The notes beneath the pieces were generated by a model. That model did not search any database and had not been told where the DNA came from. It was given only the letters and a program-made list of their open reading frames with translations. A DNA stretch of 20,000 nucleotides from an uncultured Acidimicrobiales bacterium (lineage in GTDB: Bacteria; Actinomycetota; Acidimicrobiia; Acidimicrobiales; UBA10347): NCBI GenBank assembly GCA_943788915.1, contig CALSSD010000010.1:801454-821453 (forward strand), read 5' to 3'. The translations under genes and the position numbers were made by a program. Position 1 is the stretch's first letter. The number at the start of each line of letters is the position of its first letter. Of this stretch, positions 6,718-15,563 are shown piece by piece.

Positions 6718-7362
6718 ATGAATGACCGCAGCGGCACCATCACATCAAAGAACCAGGCAGTCGTCATTGCTTTGGCTGTCCTGCTGGCCGTTTCGCTCAG
6801 CGCTGTTGCAGCGCTCGTGGTGAATCGTGTCAATAGCCAACAAACCGGTGCTGACATCCCAACGCCGGCTGCGACGTATACGCCAGCCCTGTCACCTGCG
6901 GCCGAAGAAGTCGTCCCGACCAGCACAGACAACCAAACCGCTGAAGCCGCAACCGAAGCACAAACGGAAGAAGCCCCAGCCGCAATCGGGGCACCTGCTG
7001 AAGTGGCACCTGCTGAAGTGGCACCTGTTGAAGAGGCCCCTGTTGAAGAGGCCCCTGTTGAAGAGGCCCCTGTTGAAGAGGACCCCTCAACTGAGGGACC
7101 CGACCTTGACCTCGATTTCGACTTTGACGTTGTCTTGCCTTGTCCTGAGGGTTTCGTTCGCCTCGAATCAGGTGCTTGTGTGCCTGATATCGATTTTGAT
7201 ATCGACGTTGTCTTGCCTTGTCCTGACGGTTTGATCTGGGTTAACGGTCACTGTGTTCCAGACTTTGGACTCGAGCTCATTCAACCTGATTTCGATTTCG
7301 GCCTAATCCAGCCTGATTTCGATTTCGACTTCGATCTGACAGACCGCTTCCCCGGCCTGTAA
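6718..7362 (+). CDS. Acidic repeat-rich hypothetical protein with N-terminal membrane anchor
   Basis: Hydrophobic segment AVVIALAVLLAVSLSAVAALVV, an Ala/Glu/Pro/Thr linker, pentapeptide repeats and two CPxG...C modules. All DNA repeat periods (15, 78, 27 bp) are multiples of 3. Confidence 0.8.
   Translation: MNDRSGTITSKNQAVVIALAVLLAVSLSAVAALVVNRVNSQQTGADIPTPAATYTPALSPAAEEVVPTSTDNQTAEAATEAQTEEAPAAIGAPAEVAPAEVAPVEEAPVEEAPVEEAPVEEDPSTEGPDLDLDFDFDVVLPCPEGFVRLESGACVPDIDFDIDVVLPCPDGLIWVNGHCVPDFGLELIQPDFDFGLIQPDFDFDFDLTDRFPGL
6991..7080 (+). repeat. Six tandem 15-bp coding repeats, (APAEV)2(APVEE)4
   Basis: GCACCTGCTGAAGTG x2, GCACCTGTTGAAGAG x1, GCCCCTGTTGAAGAG x3. Confidence 0.95.
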
Positions 7363-8475
7363 TCCCAACAACAACAGATCAGGCACCACTGTCGTGTCGG
7401 TCGGATCGATACAACGATTCAACCGACACGACAGCATCGCCGTTTTAGATGCAGCGGCCTCTAAAAAAGACTCAGCTCGCCACTTTTGGGCCGCAGCGGT
7501 AGGTAGCCCGATGACGATGCCAGCGACCGAGGTTGTCTGGACGGGTTGTTCGAGTTCGGCCACGATCTGATCGGCCTGGCGTTCGAGATCGAAGAGTCCT
7601 GTTTGCAGTGTCGGAGCGGTGGCGCCCGCCCCGCTGAATGCCTCGATTGCCTGGGAGAGTTCAGGTGATTGGGTGTAGGACCGTTCGATGTCTCGGTAGA
7701 GGTAGGCGAGGCCTACCAGCGACTTGTACGAGTCGGGATTGAGATCGAGAGGTGCGTCCCATCGCACCTCACCGGGCAAGCCGAACTTGTGCATGACCGA
7801 TTTGGATACGACGTGCAACTCGAGGGACGGGCCGGCAAACGCGTTGACATAACGCGGCACGAGGGTCGGAGGCACGGTGTCCCAATATAGGTCGCGTTCG
7901 CCTTCCCACAGGTTTGGGTAGATACCTGCAATCGGGACTCGGCCGCTCGCTACGACGGTCACATCGTCGCCGACACGGAGCCCGAATTGCTCGGCCACGC
8001 GTTCAGAGATCCATAACCCTTCGGTGTCCGTGTCGCCAGCGATCACCTGAAGCGAATCGATGGCACCAGCGCGTTGGAATAACATGCCGTTCGATCCGAC
8101 GAGTGCCGCGGTGCCGTCGTTTGCAGCGTGACCTTTGAGACCGACCTGCCGCACGAACACGGTCCGAATCGGTTGGCCGAGCAGCGGAACGTCGTCGATG
8201 CGACCTCCCAAGGCGGCATCGATGCCGTTGAGTTTCTGCTCCGTGGGCGTGCCGGACGCGATGACCGTCATGCCGAGTTCGTCGACGCTCTCGGCCACGA
8301 GTTGCTGAGTGATCGTCTCGGCGGCAGATTCTCGGAGCAGGTCGCCGGTCGCTGCCATCAGCGAAGGTACGGCGAACGACGCGATCAACGCGATCGCCAG
8401 TCCGACCGATCGCCATGGCTGGGTCATCCACCGCCACATCGCGCTGCGTCGGTTGTGGCTCATCTGGGACCGCAT
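7303..8475 (-). pseudogene. 3'-truncated FtsX/MacB-like ABC transporter permease
   Basis: N-terminal TM, a long extracytoplasmic domain with GLWISERVAEQFGLRVGDDVTV (MacB-like periplasmic core) and the start of a second TM (VAGIVIGL). From about 7490 the frame runs through terminator hairpins and overlaps the convergent gene by 60 nt. Confidence 0.6.
7389..7468. terminator. Double hairpin between convergent genes
   Basis: CTGTCGTGTCGGT (7389-7401) and ACCGACACGACAG (7422-7434) form a perfect 13-bp stem. A TTTTAGA...TCTAAAA stem with an A-run follows. Confidence 0.65.
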
Positions 8476-8585
8476 CAGTTCACGGGCCCCTCTCGCCGAC
8501 ACTTGTTGTTTCGAAGACTAGTGCTCGATGACGGGTGCCTTCGTCCCCAGGAGACAGACCCCTCAGGTCGGGACCGGTTCAGCTC

Positions 8586-9536
8586 TCACAGTCGGCGAGC
8601 TGCGGGGATGACTTCGGTGAGGTATGTCTCGAGCGCTGACTCATCGACCGGAAGGCGGAGTGCAATGTTGACCATGTCTGCGCCAGCAGCGCGGTACTCG
8701 GCGATACGTTCGACCGCACGATCTGCGGTGCCGGTAAGGGCACCTGCAGTGATGCGCTCGGCATCAGGCCCCCACTGGTCCTGAATCTTGCGCAACTCGA
8801 CTTCTGCTGCGTCGGTGGTAGCGCCGATGTGGAATGCCAGATTGATCGACCGTTCGAGTGTTGCCGGGTCGCGTCCGATGTCTTCGCAGGCCTGGTCGAT
8901 TCGGTCATTGAGCTCCCGATAGCGTTCCGGCGAAACGTAGGGCACGTTCCATCCTGAGCAGTACTTGGCAGCAATCGCTGGTGTTCGCTTTGGACCCGTT
9001 CCACCAGCCCACAGAGGAACCGACCCGTCGAAGGGCCCGGGTACCGCGGTTACCTCGTCGACCCGGTAGTGCTCGCCGGTGAATGTTGTTGTGGCATCGG
9101 CCGAGAGCATGCCGCTGATGATCTGGAGTCCTTCTTCGAGCATGTCGAACCGAGTGCCGAGCGGGTCGAAGTCATAACCGTGCGCCACGAATTCGGGCTG
9201 GTGCCAGCCGGCACCGAAACCAGGTTCGAAGCGGCCCTCGGCGATGTGGTCAATAGCGATGATCGACTTCGCTAACAGTGCCGGGTTCCGATACGGCACA
9301 CAGAACACCAAGCAACCGAGCCGAGCCTTCGAGGTGACCGAGGCCAGCGCCCCTAATGTGGCCACCGCTTCATAATGGGGTGTTGTACCACCTGCTGGCG
9401 GCGCCTCGTACAGATGGTCCCACAGTGAGATCCAGTCGACGATGTCGTCGAGTCGGGTCCACAAATCGATCAGCTCGCCCATCGTTGCGTTCTGTTGGCC
9501 AAGATGTACGCCCAGGCGTAATGGTGTCGCGGTCAT
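8586..9536 (-). CDS. LLM-class flavin-dependent oxidoreductase (probably F420-dependent)
   Basis: WDHLY, LGCLVFCVPYRNPALLAK, IDHIAEGRFEPGFGAGW, EFVAHG and PLWAGGTGPKRT...WN motifs. Confidence 0.9.
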   Translation of the reverse strand: MTATPLRLGVHLGQQNATMGELIDLWTRLDDIVDWISLWDHLYEAPPAGGTTPHYEAVATLGALASVTSKARLGCLVFCVPYRNPALLAKSIIAIDHIAEGRFEPGFGAGWHQPEFVAHGYDFDPLGTRFDMLEEGLQIISGMLSADATTTFTGEHYRVDEVTAVPGPFDGSVPLWAGGTGPKRTPAIAAKYCSGWNVPYVSPERYRELNDRIDQACEDIGRDPATLERSINLAFHIGATTDAAEVELRKIQDQWGPDAERITAGALTGTADRAVERIAEYRAAGADMVNIALRLPVDESALETYLTEVIPAARRL

Positions 9537-9579
9537 CTTCCCATCATGGCACTCACGCCCAGGGAAGTGAGCACCCGAC

Positions 9580-10478
9580 TCAGGCTTCGAGCAGCGCGTC
9601 GCGGAACGGGCGCATACCGCCCGGAAGCGGCTCGGTGGTTTTCACAAAATCGCGGATCACTTCGACAAGGTGGGCAGGTTCCTGCACATGAGGAAAGTGG
9701 CCACAGCCTTCGAGTATCTCCAGCCGACTATGTGGGATGGCATCGTGGGCGGCGTGCGCGTGCTCGACAGGGATGATGCCGTCGTTCTCACCCCATACGA
9801 TCATGGTCGGCATCGCTGCGGCGAGATAGAGCCGGTCGGTGGCGTTGACCATTTGACCGCCGGGATCGATCACCGAGCGCAGCGTGCGCACGAACGCCTG
9901 ACGGTTCTCGGCCTGACCGAGTGATTCGTAGGCCCGCCACATCTCACCAACGTGAGGCACACCCCACCCTCGTTTGTGTAGTGCCTTGCCCAACTCGTTG
10001 CCGCGATCACGAACGAAACCGTGGAAGAACAACGGCATCAGGTATTCGGCCCCTGGCAGGGTGAGCAAACGGAGCAACCAGCTGACCTCACGCCCCAGTC
10101 CGCCGCTGCCAATCAACACCAGACGATCCACGAGCTCCGGATGTTGGTACGCCAACTGCATGGCCACGCCGCCGCCCAGGGAATGACCGATCACTGTGAC
10201 CGACTCGATCTCCAGTACCGCAAGCAAGTCTCGTAGCCCGCTCGCGACGGCGCCGAGCGAGTAGTCACCCATTGGTTTGGCTGATTCGCCGTCCCGATCA
10301 GATCGGGCGCCAGCACGGTGAAGTCTTCGGCAAGCGTGGGCATCACGTCTTTCCACGTGCGGGAGTTGCCCGCCATCCCATGAATGAGGAGAAGCGTCGG
10401 CTCACCAGGATCGGCCTTCGATAACCGATTCGTGACATCGTGCCCGTGCAGCGTGGTGTGGCTGATGGGTATGCCCAT
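9580..10478 (-). pseudogene. Alpha/beta hydrolase split by a 1-bp deletion at about 10292/10293 (or sequencing error)
   Basis: The 5' ORF gives LLLIHGMAG...VLAPDLIG and the 3' ORF continues GESAKPMGDYSLGA...GHSLGG...WGENDGIIP...GHFPH. Restoring one C gives the canonical PDLIGHGES. Confidence 0.88.
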
Positions 10479-10535
10479 CGGGCCAAGGTACTACCACCGG
10501 CGAAGTTGGCCCTGTCGGGCTCCGTCACTCCGTGC

Positions 10536-12234
10536 TTAGTTAGCAGATGTCGCAACCCGTGGGGTTGACCGCAACAGTTGGCCAGGGCGGGCATTGACCG
10601 CATCGGTGACGATCTCGCCATCGACCTGAATCGGCTGGCCATTCACGAGCACGTGGCGGATCCCGGCGGGCTCATCGGCAGTTAAACGTTCGGCGTTTGC
10701 CGGGAAATCGCGCACACGCCGAACTGGTCCTGGATCGATCGTTTCCGGGTCGAAGACCGTGATGTCAGCCCAATACCCCGGTCGTAGATAACCACGGTCG
10801 ACAAATCCGAACAGATCAGCTTGTTGGCCGCTGAGTTTGCGGATCGCTGTTTCCATCGGCATCACATTGCGGTCGCGTACCCAATTGCCCAGCAGGTCCG
10901 TCGCTTGTGGGGCATCACACAGCTGCCCGACATGAGCACCGGCATCGGAGAGACCAAGTGTGGTCCGTTCGTCTTGCAGCAGTATCGCGATGCCGTCGAC
11001 GTCGTCGTTGGCCAGCACCACCTTGATACGCAACATCAAGTCATCTTCGGCGAGTGTGAGTTCCATGAGCGTGTCGAACGGATCGGACCCCGTGGACTCG
11101 GCGAGGTCGGTAATCCGGGCCCCGACCAGATCGGCGTTGGCGGCCGACATCATGACCTCCATCGTGTCCCATCGGGGCACAAGCATGCGGGGTGCCTTCC
11201 ACGCTTCGCGTGCCCGGTCTCGCCACCCGGAGTCGGCATAAGCGGCCCGGCGTTCCTCGATCGTGCCCGCCGCCAACTCAGCAAAAACCGGGTTGGTGTT
11301 CAAGGTGAATGGTTCCACCATGGTCATCGAAAAACTCAGTGGTCGACAGGTCACTTGTGGCCACACCTCGGCGCCGTCTTCCCATCCTTGGCGATTGATT
11401 TCAAGCGCCTTGAGGTGACCGCCTTTGGGGTTGGTCAACACCGCGGTGTAGGTGAACGGAATACCGATCTGCTTCTGCAGCGGATAGTTCTCTCGCAACG
11501 ACAGGTTGTCGCCGCCGTTCACGCCAATGATGCCTCGCCCGGTATCGGCGACCGCGGTGAAGAGTGCTTCGATCTCGGCCCGGTCGGCCCACCGGCTCGG
11601 GATGGGGCTGCCGTCGGCGCCGATATGGGTGATCGCAAAGCTGGTTGCGAAACCAACGGCGCCAGCTTCCATTGCTTCTCGCACGATGACGGCCATCGAC
11701 TCGATCTCGTCGGCGGTCGCGGCCCGCCCGACCGCGTCGTCGCCCATCGCGTACAGCCGCACTGCGGTGTGGCCGACATAGGCGCTGAAGTTCAGCAGGC
11801 TGCCGTGTTGCTCGACCGAATCGAGATACTCGGGAAAACTCTCAAAGTCCCACGGCACACCTTCGAGCAGGGTGGCCGGGTCCATGTCTTCGACCTTCTC
11901 CATCGTGTTCGCCATCAGTTCCCGGTCGCCGGGGCGCACCGGGGCGATCGAAAAACCACAATTGCCGCCCACCACTGTCGTGACACCGTGGAAGCAGGAA
12001 GGTGTCAACGCTGGGTCCCAGAAGATCTGCGCGTCGTAGTGGGTGTGGATGTCGATGAAACCAGGTGCAACCACACAGCCAGTTGCGTCGAGCACCCGGT
12101 CACCAACAAGGTTGTGGCCGATCTCGATGATCTTGCCGCCTGCAGATCAGTACGTCCGCGCTGATGCCGGGCGTTCCCGAGCCGTCGATCACCGTGCCAC
12201 CCCGGATGACGGTGGTTGAGTCGTTCGTGCTCAT
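10536..12234 (-). pseudogene. N-acyl-D-amino-acid deacylase family amidohydrolase, 1-bp insertion at about 12144 (or sequencing error)
   Basis: ATG 12234 with GGAG RBS gives MSTNDSTTVIRGGTVIDGSGTPGISADVLI. Removing one base joins it to AGGKIIEIG...LDATGCVVAPGFIDIHTHYDAQ, GVTTVVGGNCGFS and SDAGAH. Confidence 0.88.
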
Positions 12235-12405
12235 GGGACGCTCCGTTTCGCCGCCGCTGGTCGGTGTGCGACGTTAGGTCCAACATAGAACAGGCAGCGT
12301 CAGGGGAGCGAAGTGACACGATCACATAACGCGACAGCGTCCAGACCCAGAGGAAGTTCACCCACCAATACAACGCCGTCAGCGCGCGTCGGGTAAACCA
12401 AAGAC

Positions 12406-13167
12406 ATGACCTTCATCGATGATCAGATCCACGATGGCCTCCGGGTGCGAGAGCTGACCCTTGATTGTGCTGGGCGACCAGTAACCGCGGTCCTCTGGAG
12501 TCGTCCCGATGGTGAAGCCGGGGCGCCGCTGGTGTGTTTCGGCCATGGGGCTTCCGGCGATCGATACCAGCAGCCCATCCCGTGGCTGGTCAAGCGGTTG
12601 GTCGGCGAACACGGATTCATCGGCCTCTCGCTCGACGGCCCGGTGCACGGTCGGCGTCAGGCCGGCGATGGGGGCCGTGACGCGTTCTGGCCCGAGTGGG
12701 AACGCGAAGGGACGGTCGACGACATGACCGCCGACTGGATCACGGCGTTGGACTTCGTGCAGTCGCAGGCTGACGTCGGCACAGGCCCGGTCGGATATTG
12801 GGGCCTTTCCATGGGCACGATCTATGGCGCTCCGTTTATTGCTGCTGATGACCGCATCGAGATCGCCGTGCTTGGACTCATGGGCATCACTGGTCCTGAT
12901 CACTACCGCCGAACGATCACCGCAGCCGCTGCCGACATCAACATCCCGGTGTTGTTCATCATGCAACTCGAAGATGAGTTGTTCACCCGGCAGGACTGCC
13001 TGGCATTGTTTGATGCCCTTGCCAGCTCCGACAAACGGCTGCACGCCAACGCTGGACTACACCCTGACGTTCCCGTGGAGGAACTACACCATTCGGTCGA
13101 CTTCCTAGTTGCCGGCCTTATGGGGGAGAGGCAAGCGCGCATGCCAGCGTTCTCGGTCCCGGGTTAA
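12406..13167 (+). CDS. Alpha/beta-fold hydrolase (dienelactone hydrolase-like)
   Basis: FGHGAS, DGPVHGRR, nucleophile elbow GYWGLSMG, acid DELF and His in GLH. Confidence 0.88.
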   Translation: MTFIDDQIHDGLRVRELTLDCAGRPVTAVLWSRPDGEAGAPLVCFGHGASGDRYQQPIPWLVKRLVGEHGFIGLSLDGPVHGRRQAGDGGRDAFWPEWEREGTVDDMTADWITALDFVQSQADVGTGPVGYWGLSMGTIYGAPFIAADDRIEIAVLGLMGITGPDHYRRTITAAAADINIPVLFIMQLEDELFTRQDCLALFDALASSDKRLHANAGLHPDVPVEELHHSVDFLVAGLMGERQARMPAFSVPG

Positions 13168-13184
13168 CCCTGGGTATGGAGGAC

Positions 13185-13214
13185 TTGCTCGGCGGCCGCT
13201 GCGGTTCATAGTGT
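13185..13214 (+). promoter_or_regulatory. Sigma-A-like promoter for a leaderless PhyH transcript
   Basis: TTGCTC-18 nt-TAGTGT, then 7 nt to ATG 13222. No SD directly before the ATG. Confidence 0.5.
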
Positions 13215-13221
13215 CGCTGTC

Positions 13222-14133
13222 ATGGCTGATGTCGAACGCCAATTTGTAAATGCTCGTCGTGCTGATCCAACAGGGCCGGGACGAGACCTGCGATATATCC
13301 CGAGCTCCGTCAGCGACGGCGAAATTCTGACCGCGGACGAGATCGATCGGTATAACCGCCAAGGGTTTCTGGAGCCGCGACAGGTGTTACCCGCCAGCGA
13401 TGCAGTCGATCTGCGGGGTTACTTCGATGATTTGTTAGAGCAGGTCCTCGCCGCCGACGACAATCGCAACTCGTATTCGATCAACACCTACCACGTGGTC
13501 TGTGAGCGGCTACACGACCTGGTCACCGACCCTCGTATTACTGCGTTGGCAGCCGATCTCCTCGGCGACGAAATTGTCTGCTGGGGAAGCCACCTGTTCG
13601 CCAAACTCCCGAACGACGGCAAGGAAGTCCCGTTTCACCAAGACGCCGTCTATTGGCCGATGACACCCAGCCGCTCGGTCAGTGTGTGGTTGGCGATCGA
13701 CGATGTCGATGAAGAGAACGCCGCGATGCGTTTCATACCGGGCAGCCATCTGGACGGAGCACTCCATCATCACCTGCGCGATCTCGACGGCAGCCGGGTA
13801 CTCGGCCAAGAGGTTGACTCGCAGGAGCTCGAAGGTCGACCCCAATACATGAATGCGATGCCGGCCGGTTACGCGTCGCTGCACAGCGACATGCTGCTTC
13901 ACGGTTCGGCTGCCAATACCTCGATGCGGCGGCGGGCAGGGCTGACACTGCGTTACGTCGGTGCCGACGTGCGGCTCCTCGATGGGTATGACTACTGGCG
14001 GAAGTCAGCAGTGCATGTGCGCGGCGGCGACCCATCTGACTTTTGGTACAACCGTCGCCGGCCCGACGGTGAACATCCCGAGAAGATGGCCCAGCTCTGG
14101 GGCGAGTTCGACGGCCAACCAATGGATGACTAG
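13222..14133 (+). CDS. Phytanoyl-CoA dioxygenase (PhyH) family Fe(II)/2OG dioxygenase
   Basis: FAKLP, FHQDAVYW (HxD), VWLAIDD, FIPGSH and LHGSAANTSMRRRAGLTLRY. Confidence 0.92.
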   Translation: MADVERQFVNARRADPTGPGRDLRYIPSSVSDGEILTADEIDRYNRQGFLEPRQVLPASDAVDLRGYFDDLLEQVLAADDNRNSYSINTYHVVCERLHDLVTDPRITALAADLLGDEIVCWGSHLFAKLPNDGKEVPFHQDAVYWPMTPSRSVSVWLAIDDVDEENAAMRFIPGSHLDGALHHHLRDLDGSRVLGQEVDSQELEGRPQYMNAMPAGYASLHSDMLLHGSAANTSMRRRAGLTLRYVGADVRLLDGYDYWRKSAVHVRGGDPSDFWYNRRRPDGEHPEKMAQLWGEFDGQPMDD

Positions 14134-14159
14134 TTGGTCGCCGCCGGGCGGGTGTTGGG

Positions 14160-14987
14160 TTACTGGCTCATGTGGTAGCCGCCGTTGGGTGACAGGACTT
14201 GTCCGGTCATGAAGTTCGCTTCTTCCGAGGCGAGATAGACCGCGGCCCAGGCAATGTCGTCAGGTACCCCGAACCGCCGCATTGGGGTGGCCGCCTCGAT
14301 CAGCGCCTTTGCGCCGCCGATCGGCGCGGTCATGGGTGTGTCGATGAAACCAGGCGCAATGGCGTTGACCCGAATGTTGCGAGGGACAAGCTCGCGAGCG
14401 AGTGAGCGGGTCAGTCCCAAAATCCCGGCCTTGGCCGCGCAATAATGCGGCGAACCAGCGCCGCCAGCGGTGCCCATGATCGAACCCATCGAGATGATGT
14501 TGCCCGACATCTGAGGCGCCATGATCTTTAGCGCCTCGCGGGTGCAGAAGAAGGTGCCATCGAGATGTATGGCCAGCATCCGACGCCAACGTTCGTCGCT
14601 TAGGTGCATGGTTACGTCGACAAATGTTTCGATCGGGCCGCCCGCTTGTATTTCGGCCACTTGTTGGAACGTCCGTCGTTCACGCTCGAGTCGGTCTTCT
14701 TCGGGCTGGTCAAGACCGATGCCAGCATTATTTACAAGCACATCGAGACGACCAAAACGTTCAGCGACCTCCTTGAATCCGGCCTCGACTGCGGCGGAGT
14801 CCGATACATCGAAGCCGACCCCGATCGACTCGCCGCCCAACTCGGACGCCATCGCTTCCGCATCTTCTGCCCGCAGATCGTTAATGACGACGGTGGCGCC
14901 TTCCTCGGTGAACCGCCGGGCTATCTGTGCGCCGAGCCCAGAAGCTCCCCCGGTGATCAGGGCGATCTTGCCTTGTAAACGATTCAT
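14160..14987 (-). CDS. SDR family oxidoreductase
   Basis: TGGASGLG, NNAG, S...YCAAK and NAIAPGFIDT. ATG 14987 is preceded by AGGGG. Confidence 0.92.
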   Translation of the reverse strand: MNRLQGKIALITGGASGLGAQIARRFTEEGATVVINDLRAEDAEAMASELGGESIGVGFDVSDSAAVEAGFKEVAERFGRLDVLVNNAGIGLDQPEEDRLERERRTFQQVAEIQAGGPIETFVDVTMHLSDERWRRMLAIHLDGTFFCTREALKIMAPQMSGNIISMGSIMGTAGGAGSPHYCAAKAGILGLTRSLARELVPRNIRVNAIAPGFIDTPMTAPIGGAKALIEAATPMRRFGVPDDIAWAAVYLASEEANFMTGQVLSPNGGYHMSQ

Positions 14988-15108
14988 GGTCTTATCCCCT
15001 AGAAGTAGATAGTTCGATGCCCCACTTCTACTCGCTGCCAGCGACGGTGAACAATCATCGGAACGGCATCCAGGGAAAGCATGGTCCAAGGCGTGCCAGA
15101 AGCAGCTT

Positions 15109-15435
15109 GTGAGATTGGCCGGCTCATCGATGCGAGACGGCGACTTCGCCACCGCATTCACCAAACTGGCACAAGGCATGGCAGCCGGAGTACCCGAGAG
15201 CGAATGGGTTGCTGGATTACGCCTTGTAGCCGGCCGACTGATCGTCGAGACGGCGAGTCGGCTTATCACCACCGATCACACAAACGAGATTGTCGAGTCA
15301 GCGTACGAGGCACTGATCACAGCGGAACCGTGGGACCGGCGCCATTTCGATGGGCTCATGTCTCATCATCGTGAGGCCGGAGACGAGGCCGCAGCGTTAG
15401 ATGTTGAACGCCGATGGTTTGCAGACGACTCCTAG
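15109..15435 (+). CDS. Small protein or gene remnant with a BTAD/TPR-like C-terminus
   Basis: ALITAEPWDRRHFDGLMSHHREAGDEAAAL resembles the final TPR helices of bacterial transcriptional activator domains. Start is uncertain and there is no DNA-binding domain. Confidence 0.45.
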   Translation: MRLAGSSMRDGDFATAFTKLAQGMAAGVPESEWVAGLRLVAGRLIVETASRLITTDHTNEIVESAYEALITAEPWDRRHFDGLMSHHREAGDEAAALDVERRWFADDS

Positions 15436-15563
15436 AGCGTCGACTCGTTCGAACGCGGTGCGTTCTCCCCGTGAGGGGGCGTGGGGATCCTTGAACACGA
15501 CGAAGAATCAGTTCCTGACCACTCGATCCTTGAACGGGCCGCCGGATTTATCGCTCGGCTGCT

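Noticed and set aside
6991..7080. Tandem repeat as a CRISPR array
   Set aside because: The 15-bp units are contiguous, lack spacers and lie in frame within a CDS.
9544..9555. TCATGGCACTCA as an attR copy of the tRNA-Val 3' end (TCATGGCGCACTCA)
   Set aside because: Short, needs a 2-nt gap, overlaps a likely promoter, and no integrase is present.
10821..12164. 447-aa plus-strand ORF and similar long antisense ORFs
   Set aside because: Shadow frames of well-supported high-GC genes, with no recognisable motifs.
12312..12326. AGTGA-CACGA-TCACA as a CRP site
   Set aside because: The spacer is 5 nt rather than 6.
13222..14133. PhyH protein as a halogenase
   Set aside because: It retains HQD; Fe/2OG halogenases replace the Asp with Ala or Gly.
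15462..15490. GTTCTCCCCGTGAGGGGGCGTGGGGATCC loosely resembles a type I-E CRISPR repeat
   Set aside because: Single copy, no spacers and no cas genes.
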